From contig CAWCKY010000003.1 in NCBI GenBank assembly GCA_963796275.1, positions 1 through 64,000 of the forward strand: a stretch of 64,000 nt of DNA. Reading direction: 5' to 3'. Within the stretch, counting starts at the first letter, position 1; every line of letters starts with the position of its first letter. Source of the stretch: an uncultured Acidobacteriota bacterium (GTDB lineage Bacteria; Acidobacteriota; Blastocatellia; RBC074). Below, piece after piece: positions 20,537-31,399 of the stretch. A program made the translations under genes and the position numbers. The notes beneath the pieces were generated by a model. That model had not been told where the DNA came from. It saw nothing but the letters and a program-made list of their open reading frames with translations, and did no database searches.

Positions 20537-21399
20537 ATGGCTAGGGCGCTTGACATTCAAGGAACTGGCCGTGAGGACGTGGCACGAGACGAACGAGATA
20601 ACATCCTTGGCCGTGCTGCCGAACTCGCCTATTACTTCCTATTGGCGCTCTTCCCGATGCTCATCTTACTGACCAGCCTCATCGGTTTCCTGCCCGGCTT
20701 GCATGAAGCGATCTTCACGGCGCTCGGCAAGTTCGTTCCGGGCGAGGCGATGAAGTTGGTGAGTGAGACCATTTCCGACGTGACGCGGAACCGCAGCGGC
20801 GGCCTGATTTCGTTCGAGGTGCTGGGGGCGCTCTGGGCTGCCTCTGGCGGCGTGACTGCGGTGATGGGCACGCTCAACGCGGCTTACGACGCGAGGGAGG
20901 AAAGGTCGTTTTGGAAAATCCGCCTGATCGCCATCGGTCTGACTGTCATGCTAGCGCTGTTGGTGGTCGGCGGGACGACTTTGGTTATGTTCGGAGACCG
21001 CTTCGCCGTCTGGCTCGCCGCGCAACTCGGAATGGGGACGCCGTTCGCCGCCATCTGGGGCGTAGTTCATTACTTGGTGGGCCTGGCCCTGCTGTTTTGG
21101 GGCTGGAGTTAATCTACTACTTCGGTCCGAACGTCGAGCAGGATTGGAAGTGGATCACACCGGGCGCGGTCTTCGCCGTCGTCAGCATGGTCATCGCTTC
21201 ACAGCTCTTTTCGCTCTACCTGAGTTTCGCGCCCGATTACAGCGCCACATATGGCGGCCTTGGCGCGGTCGTAGTGCTGATGCTGTGGCTATATTTGATG
21301 GGTGCGGTCATTCTGATCGGCGGAGAGGTTAACGCCGAGATCGCCCATGCCGCGGATCAACCCATAGTTCAAAAAGAGGAGTCCGGGCGACCGCGCTAG
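20537..21399 (+). pseudogene. YihY/BrkB family membrane protein, frameshifted
   Basis: AAELAYYFLLALFP, LNAAY, YYFGPN, YSATYGGLGAVVVLMLWLY..GGEVNA; frame change at ~21095. Confidence 0.85.
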
Positions 21400-21436
21400 G
21401 CGCGCCGCCTGTTCGACTGAGCGTAATAGAGGGGAA

Positions 21437-21868
21437 ATGAAAAAGAAGAAGCAACAGCCCGAAGAGGTCGCACCCTGCTACGTCTTCCTCGCCTTCGCTA
21501 TGTCCGTCATCTCCTCTTCCCAAGGCAGCGGTTTCCCGAATCGCTTCGGGGTAATGGATCTAAATTCAATGCCCTCAACATGAGACCGAAAAAAAGCGGG
21601 GAGATGCGCATCAGACTTCCCATATCGGTCACTGACCGCAGTCAGATCACCAACCTCCCCGCAGGCACTCAAATCCTTAAGGGGAGAACGACTTGGCGCA
21701 ATCTGACTTCCATCTTTCTGATTCTGCACGATTTCGACTATCTCCCCCGCTTTTTTTCGGTCTCGCGGTGGCAAGGTGATGGTTGACAACGCGAACGTCA
21801 TTAAGACCGACATCGCCGCGTCGAATGGCGTGATTCACGTGAGTGATACCGTCATCATTCCCACGTAG
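21437..21868 (+). pseudogene. Fasciclin-domain protein remnant
   Basis: 3' end reads [27 protein letters not shown] (FAS1 H2 motif); the middle is disrupted. Confidence 0.6.
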
Positions 21869-21962
21869 AGAAACGAGGGAAGATGATACGGAGAGGCGGC
21901 GGGATCATGGGGAAAATCCGGGCCGCCTGCTGTCGAGGAGACGGTTCAGATCAAACAGGAAG

Positions 21963-23447
21963 ATGAAACTTGAGAACACGTCGACAACCAATGGTGGCGA
22001 CCGAAGGCCGCTGGTGTTGCTAACCGGCGCCACCGGCTACGTCGGCGGGCGGTTATTGAAGATTCTGGAGGGTTCAGGTCATCGTTTACGATGTCTCGCG
22101 CGGCGACCTGGCGCACTGCGTACCAGAGCGGCGCCGGAGACGGAGATCGTAGCGGGCGACGCGCTTGACCCGGCCAGTCTAGAAGCTTTTATGCAGGGCG
22201 CACAGACCGCCTATTACCTGGTCCATTCGATGGGAGCGAGCGGCGATTTCGAAGACAAAGATCGCCAAGCGGCATGGAATTTTGGAGAGGCCGCGCGCGC
22301 GGCTGGGGTGAAGCAGATCATCTATCTTGGCGGGCTAGGCGACAGTGATGAACCGCTCTCGCCGCATCTGCGCAGCCGGCGCGAAGTCGGCCGGGTTCTG
22401 CGAGAATCCGGCGTTCCCGTTATCGAATTTCGAGCCTCGATTGTCATCGGCTCCGGCTCTCTGTCCTTCGAGATGATTCGGGCTTTGACTGAACGGCTGC
22501 CGGTGATGATTGCTCCGCGCTGGGTGGCGACGCCCGCTCAGCCCATTGCGATTGAAGACGTCCTTGCGTATCTGATCGATGCCCTAAAATTGCAGCCTGG
22601 TCAGAGCCGGATTTTTGAGACCGGCGGGGCGGACCGGGCCTCTTACGGAGAGATCATTCAGGAATATGCCCGGCAGCGCGGCCTACGGCGAATCATCATC
22701 CCCGTGCCTGTTCTGACCCCGCGTCTTTCCAGTTTGTGGCTGGGATTGATTACTCCCGTCTATGCGCGCATCGGGCGGAAGCTGATCGAGAGTCTACGTT
22801 ATCCAACTGTAGTGAGAGACCAGTCGGCTCTGCAAGTCTTCGGCGTTCGCCCGCGCGGGATTCGGGAGGCGATAGCCAGGGCTCTGCTCAACGAGGATCG
22901 CGCGTTCGCCGAGACGCGCTGGTCCGATGCATTCTCCTCGGGCGGCTGGTCAGCAAGTTGGGGAGGTATGCGGTTTGGCTCGCGATTGGTGGATTCACGC
23001 GTCGCGCTGGTCAGGAGCAATCCAGCCAGGGCGTTCGAGCCGATTCGGAGCATCGGCGGCCGGTCCGGTTGGTACTATGGCGATTGGTTGTGGCGGATCA
23101 GAGGACTTCTGGATTTGCTGGTCGGTGGCGTCGGACTGCGGCGCGGGCGACGCGATCCTGAATGGCTGCGTCCCGGAGAGACTCTCGATTGCTGGCGCGT
23201 CGAAGCGTTCGAGCCGGACCATCTTTTGCGGCTAGCGTCAGAGATGAAGTTGCCCGGCAGGGCCTGGCTTGAATTTGAAGTGGAGGAGGAAGAATCCGGC
23301 TCGACCATTCGCCAAACGGCGATCTTCGATCCGGCCGGTCTAGCGGGACTGGTTTATTGGTACGCGCTCTATCCACTGCATCATTTCGTCTTTGCCGGGA
23401 TGTTGCGCCGGATCGCGGCCAAGGCGATGCAAGTCAGAACCGTTTGA
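21963..23447 (+). CDS. NAD(P)-binding SDR-like oxidoreductase with DUF2867
   Basis: TGATGYVG, YYLVHSM, HLRSRREV, C-terminal EMKLPGRAWL and GLVYWY. Confidence 0.9.
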   Translation: MKLENTSTTNGGDRRPLVLLTGATGYVGGRLLKILEGSGHRLRCLARRPGALRTRAAPETEIVAGDALDPASLEAFMQGAQTAYYLVHSMGASGDFEDKDRQAAWNFGEAARAAGVKQIIYLGGLGDSDEPLSPHLRSRREVGRVLRESGVPVIEFRASIVIGSGSLSFEMIRALTERLPVMIAPRWVATPAQPIAIEDVLAYLIDALKLQPGQSRIFETGGADRASYGEIIQEYARQRGLRRIIIPVPVLTPRLSSLWLGLITPVYARIGRKLIESLRYPTVVRDQSALQVFGVRPRGIREAIARALLNEDRAFAETRWSDAFSSGGWSASWGGMRFGSRLVDSRVALVRSNPARAFEPIRSIGGRSGWYYGDWLWRIRGLLDLLVGGVGLRRGRRDPEWLRPGETLDCWRVEAFEPDHLLRLASEMKLPGRAWLEFEVEEEESGSTIRQTAIFDPAGLAGLVYWYALYPLHHFVFAGMLRRIAAKAMQVRTV

Positions 23448-23464
23448 TTGATTGGGGGGACCGC

Positions 23465-23995
23465 ATGAAAATTTACTTCCTAGAACGCAAACAAATGATT
23501 CCACGCTCGCGAACCGAGACCTTCGCTTTCTTCAGTGATGCGTTCAACCTCGAGCGGATCACACCCCCATTTCTGAGGTTTCGTATTGTGACACCGTCAC
23601 CGATCAAAATTGAGGCTGGGACAGTGATCGAATACCATCTGAAGCTTTTTGGCGCGCCAATCTTTTGGCGGACGGTGATCGAGAGTTGCGATCAGGAAGA
23701 ATCATTTGTTGACAGGCAGATTAAGGGGCCTTATGCGTTGTGGCGACACACGCATTCGTTCGAGGAAAAGGGGCCACAACAGACCTTGATGCGAGATCTG
23801 GTTGAGTACAGCATTCCATACGCCTTACTGGGGAGGATAGCTCATGGCTTGTTCGTCAGACGCTGGCTCAGGAAGATTTTCGATTATCGGGCGGCGATGA
23901 TCGCGCATTTGCTGGAAGCGGAAGACAAAGAGGAGGAGCGCGTTGAACGGAATCGAGCGATTATTATCCAATCCCCGCATCACAGCGAGCCGTGA
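23465..23995 (+). CDS. SRPBCC family protein
   Basis: FFSDAFNLERITPP, FVDRQIKGPYALWRHTH, IFDYR. Confidence 0.85.
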   Translation: MKIYFLERKQMIPRSRTETFAFFSDAFNLERITPPFLRFRIVTPSPIKIEAGTVIEYHLKLFGAPIFWRTVIESCDQEESFVDRQIKGPYALWRHTHSFEEKGPQQTLMRDLVEYSIPYALLGRIAHGLFVRRWLRKIFDYRAAMIAHLLEAEDKEEERVERNRAIIIQSPHHSEP

Positions 23996-24240
23996 CGGAG
24001 CGCCGGAGGCAGACGGCGCCTGCATGGTCTATTGGATGCAGCGCGCTCAGCGGGGAGTTGATAATCCTGCCTTAGATGTTGCGATCGCCGCGGCGAATGA
24101 GTTGCAGCGCCCGATAGCGGTCTTCTTCGGGCTACATCCGAAATATCCGAACGCCAATCCACGCCATTACGCTTTTCTCGTCGAAGAATTGGAAGAAACG
24201 AAACGAAAGATTGAAGAGCGTGGCGCGGCGGTTTCTTTTA
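23943..24240 (+). pseudogene. Class II CPD photolyase, N-terminal fragment only
   Basis: VYWMQRAQR..DNPAL..A, ANPRHYAFL; similarity stops after about 95 codons. Confidence 0.75.
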
Positions 24241-24634
24241 ATGAACCCGCCCTCTCATCACCAAAATTGCGGGTGTTCCATAACCTTGCCGCAGGGTTTT
24301 TGAAGCAAATCCTTGCGTGTAAGTAATCGCCATTGGCGAATACAGAAGGCAAATAACTGAAAGAACGTGCAAATTGTACGCAATACCATTGAATATCGTT
24401 TTTGTGGGATGGCATCCGACAGCATCATCGTCGCAGGCGCTTTCTGGCAGACCCAAGATCGATATGAACTACCATTCAGTATGGTATTTTCTGTAAGGAA
24501 ACATTTTAAGCCTATTTTAGTGAAACAGGCTAAAACGAAGCGGCAAAGAATTGGTTCAAGTCACAAGGTAAACTTCTTGACCTGACAATGTCATTAAATG
24601 TGAGCTGTAGGCAATTGGCGAAAGGAAAATCGCC

Positions 24635-25846
24635 ATGGCTACAACGCACGATCTCCAATCGATCAAACCATCACTCGACAAACTGCAAGCCATTGAGCGC
24701 GAGTTGACCGCGACGCTCATCGAACGCGATGAGGTCATTCGTGCATCTCTGGTGGCTCTGCTCGCCCGGCAGCACCTGGTCGTTCTCGGGCCGCCCGGCA
24801 CGGCAAAGTCAGCTCTGGTCAGCGAACTTTCACAACGCATCAGCCCGCAAAACGGCGCAGGGCTGCGAAACTTCGCTTACCTGATGACGCGATTCACAAC
24901 GCCGGAAGAACTCTTTGGCCCTGTATCGGTCACTGGGCTGAAGCGCGACGAGTATATGCGCATCACAACAGGCAAGCTGGTCGAGGCCGAACTTGTTTTC
25001 CTCGACGAAATCTTCAAGGCGAGCAGCGCGATTCTGAACGCTCTCCTCAGGATCGCCAACGAACGCGTCTTCCACAACGGCGGCCAGGAGATGCAGGTCC
25101 CGCTGATCTCGCTCTTCGGCGCGAGCAACGAGATGCCGCAGGGCAATGAACTCGAAGCGCTCTGGGATCGATTCCTGCTGCGCTTCCGAGTCGGTTATGT
25201 CAGCGACACCGGATTCGCCAGATTCATACGTGCGGCTTCCGCAAAACTTGGCGCGAAGCAGAACGGTCACAAGCCAAATGGAGGTCAGCCGATGACACTC
25301 TCGCAATCAGAGCTTGTCGTGCTGCAGCAAAGCATGGAACACGTCATCATTCCGAGCGCGACTATCGATTTGATCGAGCAGTTGCGTAAAGACCTCGCGG
25401 GCAAAGGAATCATCATCAGCGACCGGCGATGGGGACAGACTCTCGGCGTGTTGCAGGCCCACGCGATCACGGAAGGGCGTGTCGCGGTGACCGAAGATGA
25501 CCTGGTCTTTCTCAAACACGTCCTGTGGCAATCGTTCGAACAGCAGACCGAGATCGGCAAGGCGCTCGCTCGCATCGGCAATCCGCTCAATTCTAAAGCA
25601 GTGGATTACGAGGACCAGGCAGCGTCAGTACATCGTGAATGCATGGACGTGCAGCATGCTGCGCAGAGCGAGGAGCATAAGATGCAGGCGGCGATCGAGG
25701 CCAACACGAAGCTCAAACAGATCGGCGTGAAGTTGCAGGAACTGCGAGAGCAAGCTGCTGAGCAGGGGCGCAATACGAATCGCATCGACAAGGTGATCGA
25801 GGCCATAGTGAAGATGAAGCAGGAGATCGCCTCGCTCGTTCTTTAA
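24635..25846 (+). CDS. MoxR/RavA-family AAA+ ATPase
   Basis: GPPGTAKS, TRFTTPEELFGP, FLDEIFKA, GASNE, ALWDRFLLR, SDRRW. Confidence 0.9.
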   Translation: MATTHDLQSIKPSLDKLQAIERELTATLIERDEVIRASLVALLARQHLVVLGPPGTAKSALVSELSQRISPQNGAGLRNFAYLMTRFTTPEELFGPVSVTGLKRDEYMRITTGKLVEAELVFLDEIFKASSAILNALLRIANERVFHNGGQEMQVPLISLFGASNEMPQGNELEALWDRFLLRFRVGYVSDTGFARFIRAASAKLGAKQNGHKPNGGQPMTLSQSELVVLQQSMEHVIIPSATIDLIEQLRKDLAGKGIIISDRRWGQTLGVLQAHAITEGRVAVTEDDLVFLKHVLWQSFEQQTEIGKALARIGNPLNSKAVDYEDQAASVHRECMDVQHAAQSEEHKMQAAIEANTKLKQIGVKLQELREQAAEQGRNTNRIDKVIEAIVKMKQEIASLVL

Positions 25847-25866
25847 CCATTCAACAGGATGAGCCA

Positions 25867-27489
25867 ATGGACACAATCAGCGAACAACACCAAGAGCCGG
25901 AACTTGTCGCCGAAAGGGAAGAAGTGGAGATCATCGCAGGCTCGATTACGGATGGCAGCCAGGCAGTCGCGCATGATGGGTTCGATGTAGAGACCTTCGA
26001 GCAGGCGGCGGATGACTACACGCGGCTAGCCCGGACAGTTGAAGAGACGGGGAGCGCGATCCGCACCGGTCCAGCGCTTTTGCGCGACCTGTTCTGGAGC
26101 TTTCACAAACGCGCGCCGCGTATCGCGCCGGTCGCTCCGCTCTCTCCGGCGCACGAGATCAACCGTGAGATCATCAAGCAAATCTTCTCCACGACCGAGT
26201 GGCGCGAGATGCGGGAGAGCGGCACGGTGGGCGATCCATTGTCGAGCGCGATGGCGACAATCGGATGTGCGGCTTCAGCTATAGCCGCGCTCGACAAAGA
26301 GACGATCCGGTATCTCAACCAATTGCACGAACTGGCCGGCGAAGTCGATCGATTGTTTGCCCACGCCGAATCGCTCGACGAATTGGCGGCGCTGTCGCCG
26401 GATGAGGGACGGTCGGATAGGTTGAAGAGAGAAGCCGCGCAAGCGAGAGCCGACGCGGCAAAGAAAGAGAAGAGGGCGGAGCGTCTGAACCGCAAACTGG
26501 AAGAGTCGAGCGAAGATCGCGAGCAGAAGGTGCGCCGGGCCGTGCGGCGAGGGCTGGCCGAAGCGATGGCTGAGGTCGAGCAGGCCAATGACGCGATCAA
26601 GGCATTCGGCGGCGGTTACGACACCGGCTTTGGAACGGAGAACGGCGCGGGCGGACGAAATTCGCTCTCTACAAAAGAGAAACTCGTCATTGCGCAGCAC
26701 GTGGGACGGTCGCCGAAACTGCAACAGATCGCTGCCGTTTGTGGGCGTTTCACTCGCATCGCGCTTCAGCAACAGAAGTCTCACGTCAAGCATCCGCCCG
26801 ACGAGATCACATCGATCACCACGGGCTGCGAAATTGAACGTCTACTGCCGAGCGAGATCGCATTGCTTGCAGATGCCGACCTTGAGGACCTCTTCTATCT
26901 CAAATTCGCCGAACGAGGCCTGATGCAATACGACCTGATCGGCCACAAGCCAGAAAGCCAGGGGCCGATCATCACCGCCATTGACGAGTCGGGGTCAATG
27001 ATGGCCGACTACGGAGGGATGACTGGTGAGGTTTGGAGCAAAGGGGTGGTGTTTGCTCTGCTTTCAATCGCTCGGCTGCAGAAGCGCGACCTGGCCGTGA
27101 TCCATTTCTCCGGCCCGGACGATTTGCGGCTAGACCTGTTTCCAAAGGGTGAGGCCACGCCAGCCCAGGTGATCGCCTGCGCCGACTTCTTCTTCAACGG
27201 CGGGACGGTCTTCGAGCCGTGGATGGAGAAGGCGCTGGAGTTGATAGACGGATCGCAGTTCGAGAAAGCGGATGTGATCTGCGTCAGCGACGGCATCAGC
27301 GACGTATCGATGGAAGCGCAGGCGGAATGGACAAGGAGAAGAGCGGAACGTGGTATGCGGGCATATGGAGTTCTGATTGGCGCGAATCAGGGCGAGGCGC
27401 TACTCGATGAAATCAGCGACGCGGTCTTTCGTCTCGATGACCTGCGCGGTGATTTGCCGGCGCTCCAAGTGATCTTCTCCGCTGTCTAA
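25867..27489 (+). CDS. VWA-domain protein (ViaA-like partner of the AAA ATPase)
   Basis: Coiled coil, RLLPSE, MIDAS motif IDESGSM, GGT, VSDG. Confidence 0.9.
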   Translation: MDTISEQHQEPELVAEREEVEIIAGSITDGSQAVAHDGFDVETFEQAADDYTRLARTVEETGSAIRTGPALLRDLFWSFHKRAPRIAPVAPLSPAHEINREIIKQIFSTTEWREMRESGTVGDPLSSAMATIGCAASAIAALDKETIRYLNQLHELAGEVDRLFAHAESLDELAALSPDEGRSDRLKREAAQARADAAKKEKRAERLNRKLEESSEDREQKVRRAVRRGLAEAMAEVEQANDAIKAFGGGYDTGFGTENGAGGRNSLSTKEKLVIAQHVGRSPKLQQIAAVCGRFTRIALQQQKSHVKHPPDEITSITTGCEIERLLPSEIALLADADLEDLFYLKFAERGLMQYDLIGHKPESQGPIITAIDESGSMMADYGGMTGEVWSKGVVFALLSIARLQKRDLAVIHFSGPDDLRLDLFPKGEATPAQVIACADFFFNGGTVFEPWMEKALELIDGSQFEKADVICVSDGISDVSMEAQAEWTRRRAERGMRAYGVLIGANQGEALLDEISDAVFRLDDLRGDLPALQVIFSAV

Positions 27490-27603
27490 CCCACTCATTC
27501 CCGGCAATTACCCGTTTTTAGGCATCGAACCCCGCAATCTTTCCGGCTCCGCGCCAATCGAAGCCTTCAGCAGTTGTGACTATCCAATAATCTTATTCTT
27601 AGG

Positions 27604-27825
27604 TCAGCTCTCAGGTAAGCTAAAGTCGTGGTCGTAGAATTCCAACCGACTACATTGCGGGCAACGATAGACATCCAGGGGAATAATACCTTCGCCGACA
27701 TCTGCCCATTCACCAAAGAGTAGATGCCATCCACCACTCGTTCCTCCTGTACGCACAGGAATTTGTCCTAGCGGCTGTATCTGCACTCGACATAGTGGGC
27801 ATAGAGGATATGTCTGATTGGCCAT
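27604..27825 (-). CDS. Small zinc-ribbon protein
   Basis: CPLC ... CPQC.RLEFY; 73 aa; AAGGA RBS; opposite strand to its neighbours. Confidence 0.65.
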   Translation of the reverse strand: MANQTYPLCPLCRVQIQPLGQIPVRTGGTSGGWHLLFGEWADVGEGIIPLDVYRCPQCSRLEFYDHDFSLPES

Positions 27826-28010
27826 AATTTTCTTCCTTTCTCGACTCAGGTATACGAGAGATTGTCTGACGAGGTTCAATTTGAGCCTGAAGCCAAAATC
27901 CTCACTCCAGGAGAAAACCTAATCAATCGCGCCATGTGCGCGTGGCGCTAGGCCGCGAAAAAAGAAGAAATCGAGCGGGCAGCATACAGCGAAGATAAGG
28001 AGGTATCTTT

Positions 28011-29087
28011 ATGCATAACGGCTTGAACATTTGTGACCTGAGCGGCGTGGAAGCCTCGACTTCGCAGTTGCCGCTCATCGGCTATACGGTCTTCTGGCGC
28101 TTATCCGGGATTCGCGTCAGCCATCCTGATCTGGAGCGGTCGCTGCAGGCGACAGGCTTTGACAAATATCTGCCTGATCCGCCGACGCCGCGCGTGGCCT
28201 TACGCCGCGCCTTGGCGGAATGGATCAGGGCGAAACAGCGGATTTCTCGTACTTTGCAGCTTCAACAGAATGATGAAGATCAGGATATGAACGGCGGCCG
28301 CCGCAGTCGGACGCTGATCCGCATTATCAACCGCGCCGGCAGCGAGCATCTTGTCTACGCGCTTGTAGCAGAAGACATTGATTTCAGCGCGCTCGGACTG
28401 TCGTATGGCACGGCGCTGCGCATCCTGCTGCACAAGAAGACCGGTGAGATGATCTGCACGACCGACGCCGAGGGCGTGATCGACGCGCAACGAGAAAGCC
28501 AGCAAGTCACTAATGAACTCGTGCCCTACTGGAGGCAATACCGCGACCTGTTCATTGCGCGCGACCTGTCGCAGATGATGCGGGAGATCATTGACGGAAT
28601 GAATGCGGTCTCGCTTCGCCAATCGGGCGGCGTCTATTTCGTGCCGGCGAGCGAGCGCGATTCACTCCTTCGCCTGCGCCAACTGATCGCCGATATCCCA
28701 CAGGTCATGGATATCGATCCGTTCGTCTGTGCCCTCGGTGTTCCCAACGCAGTCGAGGCAAAGCGCGGCCTGTCCAAGGCAGTCCATGCAGGGTTGTTGG
28801 ATGAGATCAATTCGCTGCGAGTCGATCTCGACCGCATGAGCGAATCCGGCGATAGCGTGCGAGAAAAGACTATTGCGCAACGCCTGGTCATCTATAAGCG
28901 GTTGAAGGCTAAGGCCGAAATGTATCAAGACCTGCTCGGGATACGGCAGGAACAGGTGCGAGCAGGCGTCGCCGAGTTGGAACGGGAGGCACTCAACCTC
29001 CTCGCGGCGGACACCGATCCGCTCGCTTCATCGATCTCCCAATCTCCCGCAATGCTTTTCACCGAACCCACGCTTGCGGCGGTTTAA
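28011..29087 (+). CDS. Conserved mobile-element protein (DUF6744-like)
   Basis: LIGYTVFWRL, GGVYFVP, C-terminal KAEMYQDLL; AAGGAGG RBS. Confidence 0.7.
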   Translation: MHNGLNICDLSGVEASTSQLPLIGYTVFWRLSGIRVSHPDLERSLQATGFDKYLPDPPTPRVALRRALAEWIRAKQRISRTLQLQQNDEDQDMNGGRRSRTLIRIINRAGSEHLVYALVAEDIDFSALGLSYGTALRILLHKKTGEMICTTDAEGVIDAQRESQQVTNELVPYWRQYRDLFIARDLSQMMREIIDGMNAVSLRQSGGVYFVPASERDSLLRLRQLIADIPQVMDIDPFVCALGVPNAVEAKRGLSKAVHAGLLDEINSLRVDLDRMSESGDSVREKTIAQRLVIYKRLKAKAEMYQDLLGIRQEQVRAGVAELEREALNLLAADTDPLASSISQSPAMLFTEPTLAAV

Positions 29088-29212
29088 CGTCAAACGATAA
29101 GGCTTGCCCATGAAGCCGTATCAACAGAAGCGCGAAGGGATCCTCCCCACTTGTGTACCTTTCGTGCCCCCTTCATCTCGCGACTTCCTGGACGAGTCAA
29201 TGAGGAGTAGTA

Positions 29213-30309
29213 ATGAACATCAAGGTTGATCGCAATCTGTTCCTGGGCGAGCTCTACTACCTGCAGGGCGTAGCCGGGACAAAACAAACCATTCCAATTC
29301 TCTCGCATCTGCTGATCCAAACCAGCCATGGCAAAATCGCGATGCGCGCCACGGACCTCGACCTGACGATCACGACAGAATGTGAGGCCAGCGTGCGAGA
29401 ACAGGGATCAATCTGTCTGCCAGCACGCAAATTGATGGAGATCGTCAAATCGCTACCGCAAGCCGAAATCGAAATCAAAGGCAATGATCTCTACCAGGCT
29501 ACGATCAATTGCATCCCTTCGCGGTTCAAGGTGAATGGTCTGAGTTCCGATAACTTTCCGGACTTGCAGAAGTATTCAGGCGAATTCGCCAAAGTTCCCG
29601 CCGAAATCTCTCGCGCTTCATCCCGCGCGTCCTGCACGCCGTGGGACAGGAAGGCTCGCGCTACACACTCAACGGCGCGAAGCTAGAAATCTCAAACAAA
29701 CGAATCCGAATGGTGGCGACCGACGGTCACCGGCTGGCGATGGTCGAGCGCGAGGGGCGTTTCAACGAGAGTCTCGATGTCCTGATTCCGAAGAAGACGC
29801 TTACTGAGCTTGACCGGCTATGCGCTGATAGCGACGAAATGTTGAGAATAGGCAAAGCCGATAACCACATTCACTTTTATATCGGCAAACGCCGGCTTAT
29901 CTCGCGGCTGCTCACCGGAATCTATCCTGATTACGTCGCTGTGTTGCCGAAAGAGAACTTCAACCGCTTCACGGTCGACCGCGGAATGATCACACCCGCG
30001 GTCAAACGTGTTTCGTTAATGGCCTCGGATCGTTCGCGCGCGATCAAGCTGGAGATCGATGTAGGCCAGATGCGCATTTCCTCGGAGTGCCCCGAGATCG
30101 GTGAGGCGGGTGAGACTATTCCGATTGATTACACAGGAAATCGGATCACGGCGGGTTTCAACGCCGCGTATCTCAACGATTTCTTCCACGCGATTGAGGA
30201 GGAGGAAATCCAGTTCGAGTTCAAGGATGGTAAGAGCCAGGCGCAGATTAAGGTCCATACAGCGGATCAAGACCGCTGTCTTGCGGTTGTGATGCCGATG
30301 CTTTTGTGA
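29213..30309 (+). pseudogene. dnaN: DNA polymerase III beta sliding clamp, single frameshift
   Basis: TIPILS, ATDLDL, MVATDGHRL, IPKKTL, YPDY, GFNAAYL, VVMPM; frame change at ~29605. Confidence 0.9.
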
Positions 30310-30353
30310 CTTGAGGCATCGATTTTCGCGAATCATCATCAGAGGAGGATGCG

Positions 30354-30608
30354 ATGGCAATTCCCAATGCGATCAGAACCAACATCCGTACTTTGGAGAA
30401 GGCTTTCGAGAATGGATCAATAGCTTTGCTCGAATGCCGGAACCGCAATAGCGGCGAGCCTGCTTATGCCATCTGTGCGATCAATCTCCGCAGGCGAGCC
30501 GATTCTGAACCGGAGATTGAAATGGTCCCGTTCGGGTTGATGTTCAAAGATGATCCATACGAGATGCTTGTTCCTGCCTCTGACCCCGAATTCGATGCGA
30601 CTGTCTGA
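30354..30608 (+). CDS. Small hypothetical protein (DUF6117-like)
   Basis: IALLEC...GEPAYAICA..MVPFG....DPY; GAGGAGG RBS. Confidence 0.65.
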   Translation: MAIPNAIRTNIRTLEKAFENGSIALLECRNRNSGEPAYAICAINLRRRADSEPEIEMVPFGLMFKDDPYEMLVPASDPEFDATV

Positions 30609-31057
30609 CGTTGCCCACGGATGCCAGCACCGCCCCGAGATTCCCACGTTCCTACTTATTGATTTCAGCGTGGGCTCCAATCTGTCTGAAGTATTCCTCT
30701 CCCACAATGCCCCAAAAGGCCATCGTCGTAAAAGTTCCAGGAGTAAAAAGAAAATAAGAGCTGGCAGCAAGACGCGGAGACGGAAGCGAGAAGCTTGCCC
30801 AGAGGATTTGGCTTGAGTCTCCTGGCTCGAGCCAGGGGTGGCTGAGCAAGCTTCCGCCCCGCTCCCTCAGCTGGCATACATATCGATGCTGCGCTCTTCA
30901 ACTGTCATCGACTACTCCAGCGTCCTCTCGGTTTCCGTAGATGAGACTCTGATAGGTCGTAGAAAGAGAGTGGGGGCAGATCGCACGCATCGCCGGCCGG
31001 GCCAATCCAAAGTAATGACCGCCCGGATCCATTCCGACATCGAACCAGGGAGGCAAA

Positions 31058-31399
31058 ATGAGTTCCTTCATCGTGACAATAAGCCGCACGATCTTCTTTC
31101 GTCTTCTCTCGCATGCGCCTGAAGAGCTGCAACGGGAGGCGAAAGAGAACGCTCGGGGGGCCATCCCAGCGCTCTGCTTCACTGAAGACGACATCCGGAG
31201 GAAGTTTGCGCAAGAGGGGCAATGGGATGCGCTGTCTGATGACGAACAGCGAGAGGCGATCAGGTCGCTGATGGATGCAGGCGAATACGAACATGCAGCC
31301 ACAGTCGCCAACGAAGCCATCAATGAAGCCGTCGCCCGCTATCTACACGTAGCCATGCTCGAAAAGGAAGAACAGCAGGAAAGCAGCGAACCCAAGTGA
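31058..31399 (+). CDS. Hypothetical protein
   Basis: GGGAGG RBS, 113-aa helical ORF. Confidence 0.6.
   Translation: MSSFIVTISRTIFFRLLSHAPEELQREAKENARGAIPALCFTEDDIRRKFAQEGQWDALSDDEQREAIRSLMDAGEYEHAATVANEAINEAVARYLHVAMLEKEEQQESSEPK

Noticed and set aside
27883-30821. Imperfect ~20-bp inverted repeat (GAGCCTGAAGCCAAAATCCTC / GAGGATTTGGCTTGAGTCTC)
   Set aside because: Two mismatches plus an indel, no target duplication or transposase; plausible by chance in 64 kb.
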